From contig JAQVDW010000001.1 of the NCBI GenBank assembly GCA_028698185.1, forward strand, positions 150,001 to 182,000: a stretch of 32,000 bases of DNA, given 5' to 3'. Positions within the stretch are counted from its first letter, which is position 1, and each line of letters begins with the position of its first letter. Positions 1 through 6,598 of this stretch are shown piece after piece. A program made the position numbers and the translations under genes. The notes below the pieces were generated by a model that worked only from the letters and a program-made list of their open reading frames with translations, did not search any database and had not been told where the DNA came from. The stretch comes from Erysipelotrichaceae bacterium. Its GTDB lineage: Bacteria; Bacillota_I; Bacilli_A; Erysipelotrichales; Coprobacillaceae.

Positions 1-1236
1 TTCCAGTTCCTTGGCAAGCCTGTTGCGCAAGTTACCCAAAGAATCGCAAACTATATCATAGCTGTCCGCCGCGAACAGGATAAGGTCGTTTTCCTGCCCG
101 GCCATTGCTGCCATGATCTTCGCAAGCTTGTCCTCGGTGAAGAATTTGGCGATTGGCCCGGTAAGCTTGCTGTTTTCCACCTTCAGGTAAGCCAGACCTT
201 TGGCCTTGTAAGTCTTGACAAAATCGGTCAGCTGGTCGATTTTCTTGCGGGAGAAATCCTTGGCCACGTTTTTGACATTCATGGCTTTGACACATCCGCC
301 GTTTTCCAAGGCCGACTCAAAAACCTTGAACTCGACGTCCTTGACCATTTCGCTTAAATCAACGAGTTTCATATCAAATCGGATATCCGGCTTGTCGACC
401 CCGTAGTTTTCCATGGCTTCGTGGTAAGTCATCCGGCCGATTGGCAACTTGATGTCGATGCCTTTGACATCCTTCATAACCTTGGCAATCAATCCTTCGC
501 CAACGGCCATGATCTGATCGGTCGACATGAATGACATCTCGACGTCGACCTGGGTGAATTCCAACTGGCGGTCAGCCCGCAAATCCTCGTCACGGAAGCA
601 TCTTGCAATCTGGTAATAACGTTCAAATCCCGAGACCATCAAAAGCTGCTTGAAAAGCTGTGGCGATTGAGGCAAGGCATAGAATGAACCGTTGTGGACC
701 CTTGAAGGAACCAAGAAGTCCCGCGCCCCTTCAGGAGTTGAGAGATTCAAATATGGTGTTTCGATGTCGATGAAATCCATATTGTCCAGATAATCCCGGA
801 TCGAACGGGTTATCTTGTGCCGGGTGATCAGCTTTTGTTGCATGACTGGACGCCGCAAGTCAAGATACCGGTATTGAAGACGCAACTCTTCCAGGGCGTC
901 AGTATTGTCGGCGATGATCATCGGGGTCAGGTTGGCTTCATTGATGACATTGAGCTCATGAGCCTCGATTTCGATTTCTCCGGTAGCCATATTGGGATTT
1001 TTCGATTCCCGTTCGATGACTTTTCCCTTGACCGAAATGATGTATTCGTTTTTTACTTCGCGTAAAATCTCGTCGAAGGCTTCCCCAAACACGATCTGGG
1101 TCACCCCGTGCCGGTCACGCAGGTCCAAAAACGCCAGCGATCCCAGGTTACGTTTTTTTCCGACCCAGCCGATCAGTTCGACTTCTTCATTTATATTGGC
1201 GATAGTCAACTCGCCGTTGTTATGTGTTCTATTCAT
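1..1236 (-). CDS. aspS: Aspartyl-tRNA synthetase, N-terminal about 412 codons; the 3' end runs off the window
   Basis: This ORF is not in the supplied track because it has no in-window stop. My manual minus-strand translation from the ATG at 1236 gives MNRTHNNGELTIANINEEVELIGWV...FYALPQSPQLFKQLLMVSGFERYYQIARCFRDEDLRADRQLEFTQVDVEMSF. These are class IIb aaRS motifs typical of AspRS. The frame stays open to position 1. The start overlaps the hisS stop by 8 nt (ATGAATAG), which fits the usual hisS-aspS operon. Confidence 0.93.
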   Translation of the reverse strand, partial: MNRTHNNGELTIANINEEVELIGWVGKKRNLGSLAFLDLRDRHGVTQIVFGEAFDEILREVKNEYIISVKGKVIERESKNPNMATGEIEIEAHELNVINEANLTPMIIADNTDALEELRLQYRYLDLRRPVMQQKLITRHKITRSIRDYLDNMDFIDIETPYLNLSTPEGARDFLVPSRVHNGSFYALPQSPQLFKQLLMVSGFERYYQIARCFRDEDLRADRQLEFTQVDVEMSFMSTDQIMAVGEGLIAKVMKDVKGIDIKLPIGRMTYHEAMENYGVDKPDIRFDMKLVDLSEMVKDVEFKVFESALENGGCVKAMNVKNVAKDFSRKKIDQLTDFVKTYKAKGLAYLKVENSKLTGPIAKFFTEDKLAKIMAAMAGQENDLILFAADSYDIVCDSLGNLRNRLAKELE

Positions 1237-2527
1237 GATGATGCTCCCCCGCTGCAATTTCATTTTCCAAATATTTGACAATGTCACCCAGGTCGACTTC
1301 GCTTTGTTGCTTGGTCGCATTGTTTTTCACAATCACGACTTCCTTGGCCAATTCGCTTTCTCCCAGAATCAAAGCGAATTTCGCGTTAAAACGGTCAACC
1401 GACTTGAACTGGCCTTTCATCGAGCGTTGTTGGTAATCAAGATCGGTCTTGAATCCGTTGGCCCGCAGCATCGCCGCGATCTGCACTGCCAGATCCAGAG
1501 CCGCCTCACCTAAAGGCATGACATAGACATCCAGACCGTCATCATCGCCCAGCTCGTCACCGATGGCGATCATCATCCGTTCCAGACCGAACGCGAAACC
1601 GACTCCGGCACTGTCCTGTCCGCCAAGTTCACCGATAAGACCGTTGTAGCGGCCTCCGCCTCCCAGCGTGGCCCCGTTGCCAAGACGGGGATCGTCGGAG
1701 ATGATTTCAAACACGGTATGGTTGTAGTAATCCAGACCGCGAACCAGAGAAGGATCGACTACATATTCGATTTCCAAATCATCCAGCAAGGCACAGACCT
1801 TGTCGAAATGGGCTTTGGCCCCGTCGGTCAAATAATCGATCGTTCTTGGTGCGTTGGCCATTACCGGATGGGACTTGTCAACCTTGCAGTCGAGAATCCG
1901 CAACGGATTTGTCGCATAGCGGTTCTGGCAGTCGCTGCAAAGCTCGTTTAATGACGGCTCGAAGTGGGCCATCAACACTTCCTTGTAGTTCTGGCGGCTT
2001 TGTTCATCCCCCAGGGAATTGACATGGAGTTTGACATTCTGGATTCCCAGCGTATCGACCAGGGTGATTGCCATGACCATACACTCAACGTCAAGATAGG
2101 GCGACTCGATTCCCAGCATTTCCACGCCGAACTGGTGGAACTGGCGCTGACGGCCGCTTTGAGGCCGCTCATAGCGGAACATCGGCCCCATGTAGAATAA
2201 TTTCTGCACTTTTTCAGGCAGGGCGTACAGCTTGTTCTCGATGTAGCTGCGAGCCACTCCGGCAGTGCCTTCCGGACGCAGGGTCATCGAGCGGCCTTTC
2301 TTGTCGGCGAATGTGTACATTTCCTTGTTGACAACATCGGTCGTTTCCCCAACCGAACGGACGAAAAGTTCCGTGTGTTCGAAGATCGGGGTTCTTATTT
2401 CCTGAACGTTGTAATAAGAACAGATCGATCTGATCAGCTGTTCAAGCTCTTGCCATTTTTTTGATTGCTCCGGCAGGATGTCTACCGTACCTCTTGGTGC
2501 TTTTATCATAATATCTCCTTCTTTCAA
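1229..2527 (-). CDS. hisS: Histidyl-tRNA synthetase
   Basis: The 432-aa ORF carries class II HisRS motifs (RPEGTAGVAR, MFRYERPQSGRQRQFHQFGVE, GGGRYNGL). It sits directly upstream of aspS and downstream of a T-box leader. Confidence 0.95.
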   Translation of the reverse strand: MKEGDIMIKAPRGTVDILPEQSKKWQELEQLIRSICSYYNVQEIRTPIFEHTELFVRSVGETTDVVNKEMYTFADKKGRSMTLRPEGTAGVARSYIENKLYALPEKVQKLFYMGPMFRYERPQSGRQRQFHQFGVEMLGIESPYLDVECMVMAITLVDTLGIQNVKLHVNSLGDEQSRQNYKEVLMAHFEPSLNELCSDCQNRYATNPLRILDCKVDKSHPVMANAPRTIDYLTDGAKAHFDKVCALLDDLEIEYVVDPSLVRGLDYYNHTVFEIISDDPRLGNGATLGGGGRYNGLIGELGGQDSAGVGFAFGLERMMIAIGDELGDDDGLDVYVMPLGEAALDLAVQIAAMLRANGFKTDLDYQQRSMKGQFKSVDRFNAKFALILGESELAKEVVIVKNNATKQQSEVDLGDIVKYLENEIAAGEHHHE

Positions 2528-2737
2528 CTAAAAAACGCCCTTAAAATAAGGACGTCATAAACGCGGTACCACCTTAATTCGTGTAATTCACACGCACTCT
2601 GTCTTAACGCGACTAACGTTTACTTCTACTGTCTTCAAAGTAACTCTTCCCGGGTGTCCCGCAGAGGTCAAATCAATATTTTCACCAGCCATATTGTCTC
2701 TGTAATCGTCTTCCTGCTTAATCCCGTTCCCTAGATT
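2528..2737 (-). promoter_or_regulatory. T-box leader (tRNA-sensing transcription attenuator) of hisS-aspS
   Basis: The minus strand carries the conserved T-box sequence AATTAAGGTGGTACCGCG (plus-strand cgcggtaccacc at 2562-2573). A terminator hairpin CGTCCTTAttttAAGGGCG plus a T6 run follows just before the hisS RBS. A CAC (His) triplet at 2656-2658 lies in a plausible specifier position, but that assignment is tentative. Confidence 0.85.
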
Positions 2738-2743
2738 AACCAC

Positions 2744-2772
2744 ATTATATAAAATGAAGCCTCAAAAATCAA
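2744..2772 (-). promoter_or_regulatory. Sigma-A-type promoter of the hisS T-box leader
   Basis: The minus strand reads TTGATT-17 nt-TATAAT, with the -35 at 2767-2772 and the -10 at 2744-2749. Confidence 0.6.
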
Positions 2773-2795
2773 GAGAAATAACCATCCACAACTGC

Positions 2796-2828
2796 AAAAC
2801 TCAACCCCGACTGTCATTCAGGGTTGAG
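2796..2828 (-). terminator. Rho-independent terminator ending the SipW operon
   Basis: An 8-bp stem CTCAACCC/GGGTTGAG (2800-2807 and 2821-2828) is followed by TTTT on the minus strand. It overlaps the sipW stop codon. Confidence 0.6.
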
Positions 2829-3315
2829 TAGGCATTTTTTCTTGGTCTTTCCGGTACATATCTGCCAGGTAGCTAAGCAGTATCATCAAAGCCACCACGG
2901 ATCCCAGGATGATCTTGCCATTGAAACTGATTGCGAACACCGCCACATATCCCAGGTATGGGATTGTGAACATTGGCACCCCGACAATATTGTCATATGC
3001 CACCTTGGAACCATCGGCAGTATTGTTGGCATCGCCCTTGGTCGTGTAGAGCATCGCCTGCTGGTCCACCTCTATCACTCGGTGGGTTACCAGAGCTGAA
3101 CTGGATATCTGGAAGGTGATGGGATCGCCAACTTCTATCGTATCGAAATTCTTGTTTACGAAAACCAGACTACCCACATGGTAGGTTGGCTCCATCGAGC
3201 CCGACAGCACCACATAAGGGCTGATTCCGACGATTCTAGGAACATACAGCAATGCCATGAACGCAACTACAATGACTATGATTGCATTGGTTAAGTAATG
3301 GATTAGTTTTACCAT
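2818..3315 (-). CDS. sipW: Signal peptidase I, SipW (ER/archaeal) type
   Basis: The protein has an N-terminal TM segment followed by LSGSMEPTYHVGSLVFV...VTHRV...TKGDANNTADG and a C-terminal TM segment. This is the S26B SipW-like pattern. The ATG at 3315 shares 1 nt with the upstream gene's TGA stop, which suggests translational coupling. The track's extra M is a TTG codon. Confidence 0.85.
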   Translation of the reverse strand: MVKLIHYLTNAIIVIVVAFMALLYVPRIVGISPYVVLSGSMEPTYHVGSLVFVNKNFDTIEVGDPITFQISSSALVTHRVIEVDQQAMLYTTKGDANNTADGSKVAYDNIVGVPMFTIPYLGYVAVFAISFNGKIILGSVVALMILLSYLADMYRKDQEKMPTQP

Positions 3316-4190
3316 CAACGGTTACCACGTTTTTTCTTGAATACAAGCAACCAGAGCACGGTCGCTGCCGCCAACGCAGCTGCAACTGCAGCCGCTGTGA
3401 TTGTGGTTGTATTCCAGAAGCCCGGTGTCAATGGCACATCATCGTCATCGATTATTATTCCACCATCGTCATCGATTATTATTCCACCATCGTCATCGGT
3501 TCCGGTCCCGTCATCATCGGTTGTTGTCCCATCATCGGTTGTTGTCCCATCATCGGTTGTTGTCCCATCATCATCGGTTGTTGTTCCACCACCGGGAGTA
3601 ACAACAGTGATTTGATTTCCAGTGCCCGGTACAACAACTACTGAAGTTGTCACACCACCGGAACTTGAACCACCACCCCCTGACGTGCTAGTAAGGGTCG
3701 AGGTGTAATGGAAGCTGATTTGAACACCATCCTGGCTTATTGTTGCGGTTTTAACCGCGGCATCGACTGCGTAATCCTGGATTTCCAAGGCCAGTACGCT
3801 TACCGGAGCATTAAGATTGGTTGTCTTGACAACCGACGTTGCCAGAGGTTTGTCATTTTCATCAAGATAGTTTATCTGGTATGTTACCGAATCGATAATC
3901 TTGCGGTACTGTGCGACAAAGGTGTCTTCCCTGGTCACTGTTTCAGGCACATCAAGGTAAAACCCGGTAAAGAAATAACCTTCGTTCACATCGATGGCCG
4001 CCTGGATCAGATCCGGATCCAAAGTTGTCCCATATTCCAGATTGAGAACAACCCGGTCCTGGGAAGCGATGCTTCCCTGACTACCGGTCTTGAACGTTAT
4101 ATCGTAACTACGCAATGCATTGGCTGGCAACAGGGTAAAGAACATCATCACGACGATGCCAATCATCACTTTCAATGATCTACTTTTCAT
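3315..4190 (-). CDS. Surface adhesin-like protein (P3) with, in order, a signal peptide, a Listeria-Bacteroides-type repeat, a MucBP-like domain, a Thr/Asp/Gly-rich repeat stalk and a C-terminal TM anchor with a basic tail
   Basis: Supporting motifs are YDITFKTGSQGSI...GYFFTGFY...TFVAQY (List-Bact repeat pattern) and VTYQINYLDENDKPL...ISFHY (MucBP-like). The stalk carries (DDGTTT)n and (DDDGGIII)2 repeats. The tail is PLTPGFWNTTTITAAAVAAALAAATVLWLLVFKKKRGNR. I prefer the ATG at 4190, which follows RBS AAGGGGTG and overlaps the upstream stop by 11 nt. The track's start at 4199 is a GTG. Confidence 0.6.
   Translation of the reverse strand: MKSRSLKVMIGIVVMMFFTLLPANALRSYDITFKTGSQGSIASQDRVVLNLEYGTTLDPDLIQAAIDVNEGYFFTGFYLDVPETVTREDTFVAQYRKIIDSVTYQINYLDENDKPLATSVVKTTNLNAPVSVLALEIQDYAVDAAVKTATISQDGVQISFHYTSTLTSTSGGGGSSSGGVTTSVVVVPGTGNQITVVTPGGGTTTDDDGTTTDDGTTTDDGTTTDDDGTGTDDDGGIIIDDDGGIIIDDDDVPLTPGFWNTTTITAAAVAAALAAATVLWLLVFKKKRGNR
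3441..3590. repeat. In-frame tandem DNA repeats inside the P3 stalk
   Basis: A 24-bp unit atcgtcatcgattattattccacc occurs twice exactly (3441-3464 and 3465-3488) plus a partial third copy. An 18-bp unit catcatcggttgttgtcc occurs three times exactly (3512-3565), and a fourth copy carries a 3-nt insertion. Confidence 0.9.
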
Positions 4191-4806
4191 GTTTACCACC
4201 CCTTTTGTATAGTATCAGCACTAATCCCGCTGCCACGATCAAGCCACCATAGACAAGCGGTGAAACCGATTCGTCGCCGGTTTTGACAATCTTTGGCAAA
4301 GGCTGCTCGACTGAGAATATGAAATTGACTACCCCGGTTTGCCCTTGATATTCGTTGTTGGCCGAATCCCCGTCCAGTGAAAGGGTGACATTGATTGTCT
4401 TTGATGCGCCGGCATTCAAAGTCCCCAACAGGATGTTGTTGTCATTGGTCAGAAACTGCAACCCGATGGTCACTTCATCATTTCCGACTTCGGTTTCAAA
4501 AAACGGTGTTGTCCCATCGGCGATGGTGAATGTGTACACCGCATCCCCGTCACCTTTGTTTGCGATATTGTCGAGAATCTCGCTTGACATATAGAAACGC
4601 ATCTGTCCGCCACTGCCATTTACCAGATTGAAAGTGACTGTTCTTGATTCACCTGGAAGCATGTTTTCGAAATCCGGGGCATTACCGTCAAGCATTATGA
4701 ATCTGTTGGCATCACCTTGATAGGTGATCACATCCGCTGCAGCCACATTGTTCATTGACAGAAAAGCTACAAGAGTGATGGCCAAACCAATTATCAGTTT
4801 TTTCAT
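4180..4806 (-). CDS. Secreted cell-surface protein (P2) with TasA/camelysin-like beta-sandwich motifs and an LPXTG-like C-terminal sorting signal
   Basis: The signal peptide ends VAA/AD. Motifs MLPGESRTVTFNLVNGSG and NEYQGQTGVVNFIFSVEQ resemble TasA-family strands. The C-terminus is PLPKIVKTGDESVSPLVYGGLIVAAGLVLILYKRGGKHEK. The ATG at 4806 has better spacing from AGAGGG than the ATG at 4812. Confidence 0.5.
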   Translation of the reverse strand: MKKLIIGLAITLVAFLSMNNVAAADVITYQGDANRFIMLDGNAPDFENMLPGESRTVTFNLVNGSGGQMRFYMSSEILDNIANKGDGDAVYTFTIADGTTPFFETEVGNDEVTIGLQFLTNDNNILLGTLNAGASKTINVTLSLDGDSANNEYQGQTGVVNFIFSVEQPLPKIVKTGDESVSPLVYGGLIVAAGLVLILYKRGGKHEK

Positions 4807-4821
4807 TTTCATCCCTCTTTT

Positions 4822-5466
4822 CTACAATCCGATTGAAACAATGTTATCATCGGCGTCAAATTCAACATCAACGCCCCACTCAGCCTTGAAAGAATCCTTG
4901 GCGTCAAAGGTCTGAACACCATAACCAAAGAACTCGAGATGGACGATCTTGTCAGCGTAAAGATTGTTGTTTTGGGTCACATCCAGATATGTGTACGAAT
5001 CGATGACCGTTGCATACTCCCCTGGATCAAGTGGTCTGGTGTAGTACGCATAGGTGACTTCGGAATACTCATCACCTTCGAAAACAAGCCAGCCGTTCGC
5101 TACAGTGAATTGGATTTGGGCAGGATCGAGGTAATTTGGGTCATTCTGATCGGTTGTGTTTTTGGTCCCGTCTTCATCGGCCCAGTAGCGGTAAATCGTC
5201 ACCCTGACGTAGGCTGTCGTATTTTCGGTGTTTTTGATCGCCAGTCCGCCATCGATGACGTCACCCGGCATTCCATACACTTCACTTTCCAAGAAATTGT
5301 CAGTTATCGTGCTACCGTCACCATTGACAAAGTCTATGCCAAGATATGGGGTGTAGATAGCCTTCTGGGTTTCAAAACTGCTTTGAATGACACTGTAAGT
5401 GCCATGAACGCTAAAACCAACTACTCCTAGTATGAATATCATTCCTATTATTATCTTCTTGTTCAT
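4822..5466 (-). CDS. TasA/camelysin-family secreted protein (P1), first gene of the SipW operon
   Basis: An N-terminal hydrophobic signal is followed by GTYSVIQSSFETQ. The body has MPGDVIDGGLAIKNTENTTAYVRV and a C-terminal FFGYGVQT motif shared with the other paralogues. The ATG at 5466 follows RBS AGAGGTGA. The track's start at 5475 is a GTG. Confidence 0.6.
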   Translation of the reverse strand: MNKKIIIGMIFILGVVGFSVHGTYSVIQSSFETQKAIYTPYLGIDFVNGDGSTITDNFLESEVYGMPGDVIDGGLAIKNTENTTAYVRVTIYRYWADEDGTKNTTDQNDPNYLDPAQIQFTVANGWLVFEGDEYSEVTYAYYTRPLDPGEYATVIDSYTYLDVTQNNNLYADKIVHLEFFGYGVQTFDAKDSFKAEWGVDVEFDADDNIVSIGL

Positions 5467-5490
5467 ATTTATCACCTCTATATCACTTGT

Positions 5491-5523
5491 ATTTTAACTT
5501 GAGCCAGTCACATGTCAGTCACA
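5491..5523 (-). promoter_or_regulatory. Candidate activator-dependent promoter A with 11-bp-periodic direct repeats plus a -10
   Basis: The minus strand reads TGTGAC-tgaca-TGTGAC-tggctcaagt-TAAAAT. On the plus strand, gtcaca lies at 5507-5512 and 5518-5523, and the -10 at 5491-5496. No -35 hexamer is present. Sites at 11596-11628 and 24824-24856 have identical architecture. Confidence 0.7.
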
Positions 5524-5564
5524 TCTTTATCAATTATTGTTTTAAAGGAAGTGAATTGTTACCC

Positions 5565-5593
5565 TTTATAAAAACCTGGAAATCTTGTATAAT
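5565..5593 (+). promoter_or_regulatory. Putative sigma-A promoter of the plus-strand transglutaminase / type IV filament-like operon
   Basis: TTTATA (5565-5570), a 17-nt spacer and TATAAT (5588-5593) lie about 75 nt upstream of the ATG at 5667. Confidence 0.45.
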
Positions 5594-5666
5594 TACCATA
5601 TGTGAGCAAACCGCAATTGAAACTCCGATTTTGGAGCTTTGCTCAACGACAAGAGGTGATATCCAG

Positions 5667-6587
5667 ATGAAATTCAAATCCCTGATCATCGCAGCCATGC
5701 TTTTAAGCGGATGTGGTACCAAAACCCAGACAACATCCCCTTTGAATCTCGCTCCCTCCTCCAATAAAGCTACCTTGAAAAGCGAGCCGGTTTTCTATCT
5801 TGCCAGCTTCAATGAAGGAAAAACCCAAGGCAACGAAGCGGTGGAAATCGACCTGACCAATGTCGTCAAAGGTTATTTTGGAGTGAAATACAATGGAACC
5901 AACGACAGGCCCAAACTCCAGCTTACACTGCCTTCAGGGGCCATCTACACATACAACCTGACCGGAAAAATCGACTTTTTCAATCTGGTCGAGACATCGG
6001 GCACGTATGTGATCACGGTCTATGAAAATATCGAAGGCAACCGCTATGGCAAGATATTCAAGACCAGCTTTGAAGTTGAGCAGGAAAACGGATTCAATGC
6101 CTTCTTGTACAACAACCAGTATGTCAATTTCGACAAGGACACCCAGGTTGCATATGTTGCCAGCGAGCTGGTCACAAATGCGTCTTCATCCCTTGAAAAG
6201 ATCCAGCTGATCTTCGATTACATTATTACCAACTACGATTATGACTATCAAAAGGCTAAAATTGTCGCTTACGATTATATTCCGGATCTAAACTCTATCT
6301 ACCAATCCAAAAAAGGGATATGCTTCGATTACGCGGCATTGCTTGTTGCGATGCTGCGCACCCAGGCCATCCCGACCCGGCTGGAATTCGGATATGTCAA
6401 AGACACATATCATGCCTGGGTCAGTGTCTATACGGATCAGACCGGTTGGATCGACAATTTCATCTATTTTGAAAACGAGAACTGGCAAATCATGGATCCC
6501 ACCTTCATCTCGCAAGACCCAGGCAACAAGAAAATCCAGGAATTCACGACCGACAGCGAAAATTATGAGCTGAAATACATCTTTTAA
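5667..6587 (+). CDS. Lipoprotein with a transglutaminase-like (Cys-His-Asp) core domain
   Basis: The ATG at 5667 follows RBS AAGAGGTGA. The signal is MKFKSLIIAAMLLSGC, with lipobox LSGC. The catalytic-core pattern is KKGICFDYAALLVAMLRTQAIPTRLEFGYV...YHAWVSVY...WQIMDPT. I judge the track's upstream extension from 5487 to be non-coding. Confidence 0.8.
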   Translation: MKFKSLIIAAMLLSGCGTKTQTTSPLNLAPSSNKATLKSEPVFYLASFNEGKTQGNEAVEIDLTNVVKGYFGVKYNGTNDRPKLQLTLPSGAIYTYNLTGKIDFFNLVETSGTYVITVYENIEGNRYGKIFKTSFEVEQENGFNAFLYNNQYVNFDKDTQVAYVASELVTNASSSLEKIQLIFDYIITNYDYDYQKAKIVAYDYIPDLNSIYQSKKGICFDYAALLVAMLRTQAIPTRLEFGYVKDTYHAWVSVYTDQTGWIDNFIYFENENWQIMDPTFISQDPGNKKIQEFTTDSENYELKYIF

Positions 6588-6598
6588 TGGAGGCGGCA

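Noticed and set aside
992-1513. A plus-strand 173-aa ORF, together with other long antisense ORFs in the track such as 13798-14343, 14743-15318, 16775-17524, 25608-26108 and 3708-4178.
   Set aside because: They lie entirely opposite strongly supported genes (aspS/hisS, relA, recJ, pfkA, P3). They have no RBS and have low-complexity or odd composition. I treat them as shadow ORFs.
3441-3590. The possibility that the short tandem repeats form a CRISPR array or a minisatellite regulatory element.
   Set aside because: The repeats are contiguous, with no spacers. They are multiples of 3 nt and in frame within a CDS. No cas genes are present.
3282-3644. Three overlapping plus-strand ORFs with striking repeats (HHRHRLL..., IIGCCP..., SSSVVVP...).
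   Set aside because: They are antisense or alternate-frame readings of the tandem DNA repeats in the P3 stalk. The minus-strand frame has a signal peptide, recognisable domains and translational coupling to its neighbours.
5487-5666. The upstream 60-codon extension of the transglutaminase ORF given in the track.
   Set aside because: The extension has no RBS and would span the divergent promoter region. The internal ATG at 5667 has a strong RBS and begins a textbook lipoprotein signal.
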